Below are positions 46,650 to 63,393 of a stretch of DNA of 64,000 bases, piece after piece. The notes beneath the pieces are model-generated. The model was not told the DNA's origin. It did not search any database and saw only the letters and a list, made by a program, of their open reading frames with translations. The DNA lies in NCBI RefSeq assembly GCF_009914755.1, contig NC_060925.1; one strand, given 5' to 3'. The DNA comes from the human T2T-CHM13v2.0 reference genome, Homo sapiens. A program made the position numbers and the translations under genes. The number at the start of each line of letters is the position of its first letter. The stretch's first letter is position 1.

Positions 46650-47676
46650 ACTTTAGGTGGGACTTCTAGAGTGAGTGAGAAGATGGGAAAATCCTGTCCC
46701 CCAAAGGCAAATATAAAACCAGAAAAAGCTGTCAGAAACAACCACTTTGGGATTTTGGAAATTGATGAAAGGCATCCATCTCATTGAGAAGCATGTATTG
46801 AAGAAAAACTGAGCGTCAGTAAGAATGGTGGGAATCTGTGGCACTCTGTCCTGGGGTTCCTGCCATTCCCCACCCCAGTTCTGCTGTTCAGTAATTTTAC
46901 CAGGGCAGAACAAGCTATGAGGACAGGTGGCCTCCTTACTACAGGAGGCAGATTGACTTTGGAGTGGAGCGTAGATTTGACTCAGGGCCTTTGGCAAAAA
47001 TGATGGTGGAAAAATCCTGGAATAATACCAAACAATTTAAGAAGGGCAACATTGCAGCTAACCTGAGGTTACGATGTTGCTCAGGAAACCAAGAAACTGA
47101 CAGACCAGCCAGAAAATTAAAAGGGAAATCCAGAGATGGAGATAGTGACAGTGGCCTTCACAAGTGTTCACTTCTCCGTGGCAGCTTGGAAGGCTGTATG
47201 CATGCTCAAGGACATGTGTACACATAGGATGGATCAGATAGGGCCTGGCTGTCTACCTGTCCTTTATGAATGTGAAGACTTGAGTATGCAGAAAGTATAA
47301 ACCAGGGCAGACTTGCAAGTTGTCTGAACTTTGATTACATTCCTTTTTTATTTTGTTATTTTTGAGCTAGGGTCTTGCCCTGTTACACAGGCTGGAGTGC
47401 AGTGGCACCAACACGGCTCAGGGTCCCCACTACCTCCTGGGCTCAGGCTATCCTCCCACCTCTGCCTCCTGAGTAGCTGTAACTACAAGTACACATCACC
47501 ATGCCTGGCTAATTTTCAATTTTATTTTTTGTAGAGACAAGGAATCACTGCTGGCAGTGGTGGCTCAAGCCTGTAATCCCAGCATTTAGGGAAGCAGAGG
47601 TGGGAGGATAGCTTGAGCCCAGGAGTTTGAGACCTGCCTGGGTGACAGCAAGACCCCATTCTCAAATATAGAAAAA

Positions 47677-47715
<39 letters not shown>

Positions 47716-49530
47716 AAGAGATAGGGTCTCACTATGTTGCCCAGGGTGGTCTTAAACTGCTAGTCTCAAGTGATCCTCTTGCTTTGGCCTCCTAAAGTGC
47801 TGGGATTACAGGGTGTGAGCCACCATGCCCAGCCTTGATTACATTCCTTAAACACACAGATCTGTTGGCAAAGAGCAGAAGGCTTACTGGCTCAATACGT
47901 TTATGTGCAACCTCTGATCAATTTTTGGCTGATCATTAAGCTATGCTAATCCAGGAGTGACTCATGGGAAGCCAGATTTAAAAATTAAACAAAAATAAAT
48001 TTTAAAAAGGAACCTGAACAGAAACAACAGGAGCTGCACACTGTTGTGAGATAGATTCTACAGAATTTATCCAGGCAAGTCATTCAGCAAATCAAAAAAG
48101 TAGCAACAGCAACTAACCCTGGAGAGGAGACGAATCCAGAGTTACTACAATATATTATCTAAAATGTCCAGTTAAAGAAATGACATGCAAAAAACCAGGA
48201 AAGTGTGACCACACACAGAAAGAAAAACAATGGAAACTGTTTCTGATGGGACAGATGTTAGATTTGGTGGAGCAAAGACTTCAAAATAACTAGTATAGAT
48301 ATGTTTAAATAAATAAAGAAAACAATATTTAAGAACTAAAGGAAAGCATAACAATAATAAATAATCAAGTAGGGAATACAAATCAAGAGATGAAGATTAT
48401 TTTTAAAATGGAATAGAAATTCTGAAGTTGAAAAGTACAGTAATTAAGAAATTCATTACAGGGTTTCAATAGCAGAGTTCAGCTGGCAGAATAAAACAAA
48501 TGAGTGAAATCAATGATGGATCAAGAATTATAAGGAATTACAGAAAAAACAATGAAGAAAAAAGAAGAGTCTCAGAGATTGAGGAACATCATCAAGTGAC
48601 CCAGTGTCAGTGTCCCAGAAGTAGAGAAAAGAAAAAAAAGTGAAGAAAATATATTTAAGAAATAATGGCTGAAAAGAACTAAAATATATATAGTAAAAGG
48701 CATCTGTATCAGTCTGCTCAGGTGACCATAATAAAATACCATAGACTAGGTGGTCTAAACAATAGATATTTATTTCTCACAGTTCTGGAGACTGGGAATT
48801 ATAAGATTAACGTGTTGGCTGACTTGGTTTCTGGCAAGGGCCCTCCTCCTGGTCGATAGACAGCAACTTATGGACCCGGTCCTTACATGCCAGTGAGAAA
48901 GCTCTGGTCTCTCTTCCTCTTTTTATAAGAACACTAATCCCATCATGGGGGTTCCACCCTCATGATCTAATCTAAACCTAATTACCTTTCAAAGGTCCCA
49001 CCTCCACATGCTATCACATCCAGGGCTAGGGTTTCAATATATGAATTTTGGGGGGAGACAAACATTCAGTCCATAACAGTGTCCAACAAATGAATATAAA
49101 TGGTGCAGTAGAAAATATTTACATAGTACAACAAAGGCAGTGAAAGAGAAACATAGAAACAAAAAATGCATGATATATATAGACACAAATAGCAAAATAG
49201 CAGAAATCAATACAAATAAGATTTCAACAAATAAGACGAAAGTAAAATCATGGAAAAAATATATATTAGGATGGCCAAAATCTGAAAAGCTGACAATACC
49301 AATTGCTGGTGAGAATGCAACAGAAATTCTCATTCATTGCTAGTGGGAATGCCAAATGGTACAAACACTTTGGCAGTTTCTTGCAAAACTAAGGATACCA
49401 TAGAATCCAGCAGTAGTGCACCTGGGTATTTACCGAACTGATTTGAAAACTGCTGTTCATACAAAACACCACACATAAATATTTACAATTATTTTATTTA
49501 TAATCACCAAAACTGGGAGTAATCAAGACG
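46650..49530 (+). mobile_element. Old L1M fragments containing AluJ (47345-47835, minus) with a nested FLAM (47550-47718, plus) and an MLT1A-like LTR (48706-49078, minus)
   Basis: A-rich L1 ORF1/3'-like sequence; Alu and MaLR motifs. Confidence 0.7.
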
Positions 49531-50244
49531 AAGAAGCCTGTGACTAGCCAGCCACTGCACTCCAGCCTGGACAACATAGCAAGACCCTTGTCTAAAACAA
49601 AACAAAACCCTTAAACAAACTACAGCTGGCAAACAAATATCCTGGTTAATGATTAAAAAAAATACACATCTCCATGACTAAATGGACTAATATAAATATT
49701 TCATAGAAAAGACATCAAATTCCAGATAAAACTTGAGTGTATTCAATCTAAATAAGTGAAATAAGTTTATTTCCTTACTTCTCATTTGGATTATTTGCTT
49801 CTCAAAGACAGAATTGTTCCTTGCAAGAAACAAATTTATACATACAATAGTTCTTTATTTAATTATTGTTTTATTGATTTCAAAGATTTAGCCAACATTG
49901 ATGAGGACGAAATGCTATAGTTTATTGAGGCTAAATCAGTGTAGCCCAGGTTGGAAGTGCAGTCTCAGATGTCTTCTAATTGGAAATGTTGCAAGTTATA
50001 TTATTGTTCAAAAATACTTACTCCCTTTCTTTAACTTCATGGGAAGAATGTTCTTCCCCCTACTGGTTGATCTTGGGCTTGGCCTTCTGTGACTTCCTTT
50101 GACCTCAGGCCGAATGTGCTTGCATTCTATACCCTCGCATTAGTATAATGCAGCATAGCCTATGGTTAAACAGGCTTTCAGGCAGGCTTCTGTGCTAGCA
50201 GTTTTCACCTATATTACCGTGAACCATAGAAATGGCGGATATGG

Positions 50245-50614
<370 letters not shown>

Positions 50615-50619
50615 TCATC

Positions 50620-51030
50620 TTACCTTGCTGCCGCCCCAGCCCAAGGCCCTGAGCAGAGGGGAGCGATGGCACCAGCAGCAGCCACACGCTCGCGCCTACT
50701 GCTAGCATCCTTGCAGCGCAACCCCCGCCCGCACCGCCTGCGGGAAGCTGGGGGTCTTGGAGCCTCGGTCTCCAGCCTTCTCCTGACTTTGGCTCCGTGC
50801 CACCCGCCAGGCTCACCCCCAACCACTACTCCTCCCACCCACCATTCCCAGTCCCTCCTCCCTGCCGGTTTCTCCTGGACATCCCTGGCCTGCTCCAGCA
50901 GCGCCGCCAGCTTCAACCTCACGCCCTTAGTTTTCACTTCTTATTTAATAGCAGAAGCACCGAACAAAATTCCCGAATAAAATTCCTCATTGGCCTCTGA
51001 CACTAGACTACAAACATCAGGTGACTCAAT
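50620..51030 (-). promoter_or_regulatory. Small CpG-rich promoter-like region
   Basis: Local CpG excess in an AT-rich background. Minus-strand CCAAT at ~50989-50993, GC-box-like ccccgccc, and a TGACTCA (AP-1) site near 51023. Confidence 0.55.
50624..50900 (-). other. Putative first exon: 5'UTR plus signal-peptide CDS MLAVGASVWLLLVPSLPSAQGLGLGRQQ(G), ending in phase 1
   Basis: GC/CpG-rich, non-repeat. gcaaggATG at 50708 (A at -3). Hydrophobic core followed by a SAQG cleavage-like motif. Strong donor AAG|GTAAGA at 50624/50623. Confidence 0.65.
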
Positions 51031-52688
51031 ATTGTGGGGGGAATTGGGCCAACTTGGCTTAAATTAATCCAAGCTTTGCTATAATATGACCTAAATCCCT
51101 TCATTTATAAAATGTAGATAAGGAAGAATTGGTATTGAATAAACATCTGGCACATCATTCTCGATATTACTACTGTATTACTATTCTAATAAAAATTATA
51201 AATTGTCACTTATTCAACAAAGATTTATCCAACCTCTCTTTTGTGCCTGAGTTTAAATTTCTCTTTCTGGAAAAGGAGACCCCTGGAATTCAGGGAATAT
51301 GGAAGGTTACACCTACAGGTCTGTGATTGGCATATTGGAAGGGCCCACGAGACTTTGCCAATTGTAGAGTCTACCTCACCAGGGGTTAAGACGACTTGAT
51401 TAGAATACATTTCTATACAGTTATGGCATCTGTGCTATTTCTAGCTTCCCCCTCTTTTTATCATTTCTATTACAGGTTCTAACATGCAACTTTAAAAATG
51501 GTCTCTCAAGCTCATGGCCTTCAAGCTTGGAATTAGGTTGGTAGGGCAGTATGTGTCTCTGCTTGCTAGCAGTAAAAAATGTTTGAATGGGAGATCTTTC
51601 CATGGAAAGGGTTTTTATAACTCCGTTACAAAGAGCAGCCTAACAATGCAGGGGAATGTCAAGTTTTTTCAAATGTTTTACAAGGATGTTGGGGAAGCGG
51701 ATGGTCTCTCCAACTCTGTCTCCATGTTCTATGTATTGACTTGCAAAGAGAGCACACTGTGTTATTTTTAGTCAAGATAAGCAATGAAAAAATGCATTGG
51801 TGCATACCTTGCCTTCCATATTTTTGAACTTAAATTCATTTCATACTGCCTTCTCTTTGAACAAAGAATTTACCAAGATAACCAGTATGTCGCGAGTCTT
51901 CCTGCAGTGCACCTCTTTCACAACCTTGGCTCCCATTTCTCCTGGCACACAGACTTTTTTCTCGAAGCATACTTGTTCCACTTGTGATTCTTCCCTGGCA
52001 AACAGTCCTGCCTTAAATTCAACCTATCTCTTGGATATCTTTGTGGAATTCTTGCTGTCTTATACCTGATTGGATTGAACAGGTTAGTGTTTGATAGTTT
52101 ATTTGTTTTAGCATATCAAATTTTTTTAAGGGGACAGAGTTAAAAATTGGCCTCCCTTAGTACCATCAAGATGAATCCACTCTTCCTCCATTTTATTGCA
52201 TAAAAATGTAATGTAATACTATTATAGACCCTTGTGTGTATGAGTGCTTCCTCCATCTCTTGAGGGTAGAGACCCGGTCTAGTTCCCCTCCTTATCCTCA
52301 GCAGCTAGCCCTGGGCCTGACACCTAGGAGGCACTTGGTAAATGTCTTTTGAATAAATGAATGAATAGTGATCAGTAAATTAATGGAAAGCTTTTAACCA
52401 AGGGATGTGCACGGAGGCTCAGCATGACTGTGTTTACTATCTGTAGGGCTAGCGGAGGTAGAGGATAAAAAGCTGGAGATAATTGGGCAGCCTTTGGGAA
52501 CTGATGGTGCTACATAGGGAAGATCTCTTGGAAGGGAAGGAAGATAGTGAAAGATGGTTAAACGGGGAAAGAGGTTAAAGGGGAAGGGGAATAGAAAGGG
52601 TGAGTGCAAAAAGAAACACCACCTGTCAGACTGGGCTCTTTTCCTTTCCCTCTCCTCAGCTCCCACAGACTTCCTTCGGGCCCCTTTT

Positions 52689-53210
<522 letters not shown>

Positions 53211-56200
53211 CTTTGGGTCCCTTTTGTAGTTCTTCTCCACTTGCTCCAATTCTGATCAGAAGAGTTGCTGTGCAGGATCAAGAATTGTAAGCAGGTGGAA
53301 AACAGCAACTGAATATAAAGTTTAGGAATTCACTAAGCCAAGAAGTTTGAAGATAGGTTGAAATACCAGGCTGTGGTATAATGTTTCACTCTTGAAGAGG
53401 TGGGCCTTCCAAGTGACTACTCGTATTTCCCCTATGAAATGTGATGTTCTCCATGGAAACAGCCCATGAACAGCCCAGTGTTCCATTTTTCCAAGGTCTG
53501 CCAGCATTGCTGCTGGGCTGACTTGGAGGGTTGGCTGGGTTAGACTAAGGTTAAGCCAAGATCTTTTCAAAGTAATTGGCATTTGGAAGTAACTACTGTA
53601 CATTGCCAAAAGAAGAGATGATGATGACAAAGAGCTGTGACCTTAAAGGAATGTGACCAGGCTTTGACTGATTCTTTCTTGTCAAAATAGCCAAAAGAAT
53701 GTCTGATCAAGGGTCATGTTGAAAGGAAAATTTCAATTTGCCTCATTCTTTTTTTTTAAACATAGGTTTTTTTAGGACGCAGGGAATAAACATTGTTTGG
53801 AATACAGGTTTTCTTCTTGTTTAATTATCAAAATATTTTTAGGATATCTGAAATGCCCTCTGAAATCTGACAGTTAATATTTAAAGTATAATTTTGACTC
53901 ACTTAAATAAGAAACTTGTCTGCTGGGCAAAATGAGAAATTTTGAGCTCTTCACTTGGGTTCAGGGTGGTGCCATCTGTATCTCTGTACCCAAGTGCTCT
54001 GTGTATAGTGGGAGCTCAGTAAACATTTGGTGCCTGAGTGAAAAAGTTGAAATTCAATAGCATTATACAATCCTGATCTGCTGTTTCAGCTGGAAGCAGC
54101 TAGTTAGTTATGCAGCTCATTGGCCCTCAGCATTTTGACTTCTTTTGCTGTAGAAGCAGATAGAGTAAGAAGCTAGGCATACCTTTATATCACCTATTTT
54201 CAAACCTCATCATTAACAATAAATTTATTTTATTAGAAATGTGTGTGCTTGTAGAAAAAGCTTGCAGTGTAACAAAACTAGCTTTCTAAAAATGAATGAT
54301 TCTATCTTTTGTAATCAGTACTTCATGCAGTTGTAGTCACTGCAAATGGGCAAGCAGATAGCTCCAAGATTCTGTAAAGCCACTATGATTTGAACTATAC
54401 TCATAATAATATAGTTCTGCATTTTTCCTCATTGCAGTTATATGATTTTAAAAATTATACAACATAAAAATGCAGAAAGAAATGAAAACGCATAGTTGCC
54501 ACTATTAGTATATTCCTAGGGTATTTTTGGTGTAAGAATGTGTGATAATCATAATTCTAAGCTAGCCCTCCATGATCTCTACCCTCTAGTTATTCCTGTG
54601 ATTATGTTGTTACTTGGCAAAAAGAATTTTACAGAGGTAATCAAGTTACTGATCAGTTGACCCTACGATAAGGAGATTATCTGGGTAAGCCTAATCTAAT
54701 CACATGAATTCTTTAAAAGCAGAGAGGTTTCTTTGGCTAGTTGGAGAAGCAGAAGAAGTCAGAGATTCAAATCATGAGAAGCACTCAAAATGCCATTGCT
54801 TGCTGGAAGATGGGAGGAGCCGTAAGTTAAGAAATGTGAGTGACCTCTAGGAGAGGAGAGTGACCCCTAGCCAATAGTCAGCAAGCAAATGGAAATCTCA
54901 GTCCTACAAACAAAAAGAACTGTATTCTGCCCAACAGCCTGACTGAACTTGGAAGCAAATCCTATACAGTACCTCCAGCTTGGCCAACATCTGGATTTCA
55001 GCCTTTGTGACTGACCCTAAGCAGAGGACCCAGTTAACATGTGCCAAACTCCTGACCCATGAAAAATGTAAGATAATAAATATGTATTGTTTACAGCTGC
55101 TAAGCTTATGACAGTTACACAGCAATAGAGACTAATGCAGATTTTGATACTGAAAGTTGATACTGCTGTAATTAATACCTAAAAGGTGGAAATGGTTTTG
55201 GGATTAGGCAGTAGCTGGAGGCTAGAAGAATTTTGAGGAACATGATAGAGAAAGGCTAAATTGTCTCAAACAGACTGTTAGTAGAAATATGGATATTAAA
55301 GATACAACTGGTGAGAGCTTAGAAGGAGGTGAAGAGCATTATAGAGCAAACCTAAATTTCCTTGGAGAAAGCCTAAATCATCATGAACAGACTTTAATTA
55401 GAAATCTGGGCTTTTAGAATACTGTTGGGGAAGACTCAGAACGAAGTGAGAATCATGTTATTGGAACTGGAGGAAGGAGAATCCTTGCTATGTGGTGATA
55501 GAAAGTTTAGAAAAATTGTGTCCTGCAGTTATGTGGAAAGCAGAATTTGTAAATGACAAACTTAGATATATAGCTGAGGAGATTTGCAAGCAAAGTGTTA
55601 AAGGTGCTGGCTTATTTCTGTCTTACTACTTATACTAAAATGTGAGGAAAAAAAAATAACTGGAGGGAAAAACTGGTAAACATAAAGGGATTAGGACTGG
55701 AGAATTTTGAGACTGCTCAACCTTTCCAGGTGGCAAGAAATGCTAAGAGTCAGAAATGGCTTCCAAAAGTATGGCATAGAGAAAAGAAAGACTGTGCAAC
55801 TGTCCAGCTTTCACTGAAGCCTCAGGAAGACTAAAAGGTTAAAGTGTTCAGTCATAGAAAAGGCTCTTCTAAGATATTAAGGTTGTGACTCACCGATCCC
55901 ATCAGTGAAACTAGAGGGCCTCTCAGAAGCTTAGGAGTGTTGTCCCTCAGTCATCTCAGCAGAAACCAAAGACAGAGCAGGGATCATCTCAAAAATGTTT
56001 GTGCTCATGGCTTTTGTCTAATGGAGTGAAACTCTGAAAAATTTAGGCAAGGACCATTCAGTGAGTTGAATAGTTTCTTCCTGTAATTCATATCTTCCTT
56101 GGACCTATGAATGTGAACTTGTTTAAAAATAGGGTTTTTGCACATGTAATCATGTTAAGGTGAGATCATACTGGATTAGAGTGGGCCTTAATCTAATTAG

Positions 56201-56877
56201 TGGTGTCCTTATAAGAAGAGGGAAATTTGGACGCATACATGCAGCATGCAGAGAGGAAAACAACATGTGAAGACAGGCAGAGATTAGAGTGATGCACCTA
56301 CAAGTCAAGAATTGTTTGCAGTTACTAAAAGCTAGAAGAGACAAGGAAGGACTCTCCTCTAGAGCCATCAGAGAGAGCATGGCTCTGCTGATACCTTGAT
56401 TTAAGTTTTGTAGCTTCCAAAACTATGAGAGAATAAATTTTACTTTTCACAGGCCATCTAGTTTGTGTAACTTGTTACAGGAGCCCTAGGAAACTAGTAA
56501 GGATTATAATGTTTTTGAGAACATTACATCAACAGAAATGCTACTAGAGTGGACTGAAAGAACTGAGGAAGTACAAAATGAAAGAAAACTATTGGGGCTC
56601 TCCCATATGCCAATTTTATTGTCAGGAAGCAAGCTAATAAAACCACTTGGCTGAAAACATTTTCCTTTCTTGATAATGGAAGGATGACTCAGAGGGCAGA
56701 ATCAAGAACCCAGAAGGCTGAACCAAGAACCCAGGGTGCAGATTTGAAAACCATAGCAGGTTATTCCAAGGCCTGGAATAATAAACCTAATTAAAGAACC
56801 CCAGCTGGAGTTTCTGTGGGTGTATTTCAAAGTTGCTTTGGATTTGTGTCTCCTTTTTGCCTTCCATCTCTCTCCCT

Positions 56878-59193
<2,316 letters not shown>

Positions 59194-62100
59194 GAAATAT
59201 AAATATTATGCCTTTTTCGAATTGCAATGTGTATAACTATTATCCTATGTTTGCCCCACTATTGTATGTTTGGAGTACTGGAAGATCATAACATGTCTCT
59301 TTAGTTTTACAGGTCCACAGATAGAGAGGAATTGTGCCTGGGGACTGTTATTATGGGTTACCCTAGAGCCCCATCCTCTCCTGATTTCTACATGATTTAC
59401 GTGATGGGATTGGGGGCATATGAGCCATTGAGATTTAGATGAGAATTTTTGATTTTGAGTTGATACTCTAATGGGAATTTGGGGAAGACAGTATTCTAAA
59501 TAGCCCCTTAATCTCTGCCCTCTATTGTCACCCCCTTATTATGTTATGTTACATGAAAAAGTGATTTTACAGATGCTATTAAGGTGACTAATCAGTTGAC
59601 CTTAAAATAAGATGTCAACCACGTGGGCCTATCCTAATTACATAGAGCCCTTAAAACAAGAGAGTTTTCTCTGGCTTACTGGGGAAGCAAAAGTCAGAGA
59701 TTCAAAGCCTGAGAGAAATTCAATGTGTCACTGATGGCTTGAAGAAGGAGGAACCTACAAACTGATGAATTTGAGTGACCTCTAGGAGCTGAGATTGATT
59801 CCTGGGCAACAGTTGCTAGCAGAGAATGGAGACTTTAGTCCTACAACCACAAGAACTGAATTCTGCCAACAACCTGAATGAGCTCAGGAGAATATTCCTC
59901 CCCAGAGTCTCCTGATGAGAACATAGCTCAGCTGACATCTTGATTTTATTCAACCTTTGAGATCCTGAACAGAGGGCCCAGCTACAATATGCTGGATACC
60001 TGACCCATGGAAACTATAGCTAATAATCTGTATTATTTACTGTTGTAAGTTTGGGGTAATTTGTTATGCAACAATAGAAAACTAGTGTGTGTGTCTATGT
60101 AACACTATGTGTATAATTCTATGCATTTATATTCTTTAAATAGAAGAGATGACATTTTTACAAAATCATATAAAATCGGTCTAGCCAGAGGTTTATAGAA
60201 CAATCTTGTGAGTCAGTAATAAAATGAAATTTATAGTACAGATAGAATTCCAATTTTTAAAAAGCCCTTAATAAAGAGGGATAGCTCTAGGTTCAAGCTT
60301 CTTATTGCTTTATCCTTCTGGGAGAATCTGTGAGAAGGATACCTCATTAGTATATACTGTCAAAGGGTTGAAATCTCAATAAAACAAACAGTTCAACAAG
60401 TAATCATTTGGCACCTTATAAGTGCCACTGGACACTAAGGTTAGCACTGGGGGTTGGGTGATTTTTTTTTGTAATTCAGGACTATGAGAAATAAATTTAT
60501 GTTGTTTATGAGTTGGTATAAGCTTATAAGAGCAAAGGATATTATAAGAGCAAAGGATGCATTCTTAGCATTGGATGCTCATATACCTCATCCAAGGGAG
60601 ATGAGGTGAGTGTGGCTTCTTGACTTTCTCCTGTTCTTTACAGAACACTGCCCCAGCTGGTGGAGATGGCATTTTGCCTGTCCAGGTTGAGGTCCTTTCA
60701 GGTTGCAGGTTGCAGGAGGCCATAAGCAGGAGCTTACCAAGTCTCTTAATACCTCAAATTATGTCACTCCCAACCGCTCGTATAATTACTTTATAAGGCT
60801 GCAAAAACTGCCTTTAGTTAAGCTCCATTTCCTTGGTCTAACTAGTGTAGATTTCAGGTACAATTTCTTACTATGCCAGTGGTGCCACCCTTACCACATT
60901 GGTCTAGGTTTTAGAATAATGACTAAGCATTTCATATGAGTAGTTATATTAGAATGATGAGGAGTGTAAAATTGTTCAAGATGTAGCAAAGCTTAACATG
61001 AAGGCTGGGCTACGGTCCTCAAAACCTAGTTCATAGAGTAGTCCTGGGAATTAAATGATGTAAGGCATTAATTAAATGATATAAGTGCTTAATTCAATGC
61101 CTGGCATAAACGAACAACTCAATAAATGTTAGTTGCTATTGTTGTTAATTGCTATGACTTACTTGTTAGTGCCCTTATGGTAACAACTATTATTGCAAAA
61201 TAATTACAGAAAAGAAGGGCTGATATTGGGAGAAAGAGGAGAGGATCTGGAAGTCCTGAAGAGGCTGAAGAAATAATAGACTGGGAGTAACTGAATGAGA
61301 ATGTTGGAAGAAAGGTTGCAGTTAGTGAATGGAGTGTTTGAATTTAATATTTAGGAGATAGAATAATTCCAAGTAATGATAGAAGTATAGCAAACTGGGA
61401 TGGACGTGGAGTATGTGTGATGTGAAATGGGAGATAGGAGAAGAAGGTCATTAACACTAAGGAAGCCAAAGGAGTCTGGAGAATCAGGTAGGGTATCCGT
61501 GTGGCTTTGGAACACTCTCAGGATGACAGCACAACTTAGACTACAGGAGGCAATGGAAAACACTAATGTCTTTAATAAAAGAAGGAAGTACCTGAATCCT
61601 TGTTGGTAGGATTTCCAAGACTGAGAGTGTCTCTGGATCCTGTCGTTTTAGCAGAACTACTCTGTGCACTATTTATACCCTTGTTGGAGTTCTCTCTACC
61701 TTCTAACTTCAGGAAGTGATTTTATTGTGCCAGTTCCCAGAAAGCTGATGGGGCAGTGTATTCATGCCCAAGCTGGCTGTTTGGAATACATCTAATGTAC
61801 CCATTCTTCCAGCCCAGGCAAACTGCCCTTAAGAGCTACTTGATCCAACATCACGAAATCTGTTCTCATTCTAATTTAGAATGCAGGAACTTGTGTGGTG
61901 ACTCATATGTTTGAAAAGCTCAAATTAAGTAGTGGTGATCTCAACCATGATTCACTGATGAGAACTGGAAAGTGATTCATCTCCTTTATGTGCTTGTCCT
62001 TGGGAGTCTCCAGGCTTAAAGGTCTTCCAGAAACACACTGCACTCAAGGAAAGACACTGGGCCCTCCTGTGGTGGTATTTTAGCAATTACACAGAGGCAT

Positions 62101-62377
62101 TCACTACATTTTTTTACTAGGTCATTTCCTTTAGTTCATTTTATTCCCATCTACAGTCCACAAGATGCTCTTGTGCTGTAATGATTCACTGCCGATAAAT
62201 GAAAAGTCAATGATACTTTTAGGTCAAAGGTGGGTGTACATTTAGTAAACCATTGGTGCAGATTCACAATTATCTAATATGTAGGGATAACTGTATTTTT
62301 CTTAGTATGTACTTGTTATCAAGGAGTAACTTTTTTCTTACCACAGTAACAGGGTTTGAATGTATTTTATATGATAC

Positions 62378-63014
62378 TGTCAGAGGCGTTTAAACCAGAG
62401 CAACTCCATCTTGCATAGGCGCTGGGTAAAATAAGACTGAGACCTACTGGGCTGCATTCCCAGGAAGTTAAGTCACTCTTAGTCACAGGATGAGATAGGA
62501 GGTTGGCACAAGATATAGGACACAAAGACCTTGCTGATAAAACATTATGTGGTCAAGAAGCCTGCCAAAACCCACCAAAACCAAGATGGTGATGAAAGTG
62601 ACCTCTGCTCTCCTCACTGCTCATTATATGCCAATTATAATGCATTAGCATGTTAACAGTTACTCCCACCAGTGCAGTGACAGCAGTTTACAAATGCCAT
62701 GACAATGTCAAGAAGTTACCCTGTATGGCTTCAAAATGGGAGAATCCCTCAGTTCTGGGAATGGCCCACCCCTTTCCTGGAAAACTCATGAATAATCAAC
62801 CTCTTGTTTAGCATATAATCAAGAAATAACTATAAGTATCTCCTTAGTCCAGCAGCCCAAGCTGCTGCTCTGCCTATAGGGTAGCCATTCTTTATTGCTT
62901 TACTTTCTTAAAACTTGCTTTCACTTTCCTCTATGAGCTCACCCCAAATTCTTTCTTGTGCAAGATCCAAGAACCCTGTCTTGGGGTCTGGATCAGGACC
63001 CCTTTCTGGTAACA
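62378..63014 (+). mobile_element. MER41 (MER41B-like) solo LTR with tandem GAS motifs
   Basis: tgtcagaggcgtttaaaccagagcaactccatc...ggtaaca; TSD ATAC; TTCTGGGAA at 62753-62761 and TTCCTGGAA at 62774-62782. Confidence 0.9.
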
Positions 63015-63393
63015 ATACCAAGAGGGAATACTAATTAAAAAACTAGTTTAAAGTTAAGATAACTTACACTAAAATAAACCAAAGATTCTTGTATACTGGT
63101 AATAGCACTGTGTGGAATTACAAATCCATACCCAAACAATCTACCTGACAAAGTAAGATCATATAATTTAACCAGATTAAGTATTTTTGCATCTACTATG
63201 CTGAGCAACCAGAACTAGGTAGGCACTATTGCTATGAATTTTCCTAGTATTTGTTTAAAAAAATTCACTATAGACCTGGTAAACAATCAATTACAATCCC
63301 ATCTGATATAGTTGTGACCCTGTCCTCAGTTTGTAATGCTTCTAGCTAACATTTACAGTGAACCCATTTTGTGATAGGAACTGATCTAAGTAC

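Noticed and set aside
50666-50980. 104-aa plus-strand ORF MAPAAATRSRLLLASL...
   Set aside because: Long ORFs are expected in GC-rich DNA. The strong splice donor and signal peptide are on the minus strand. Not formally excluded.
60524-60558. Tandem duplication of ttataagagcaaaggat (18-bp period)
   Set aside because: Ordinary slippage-type micro-duplication with no functional cue.
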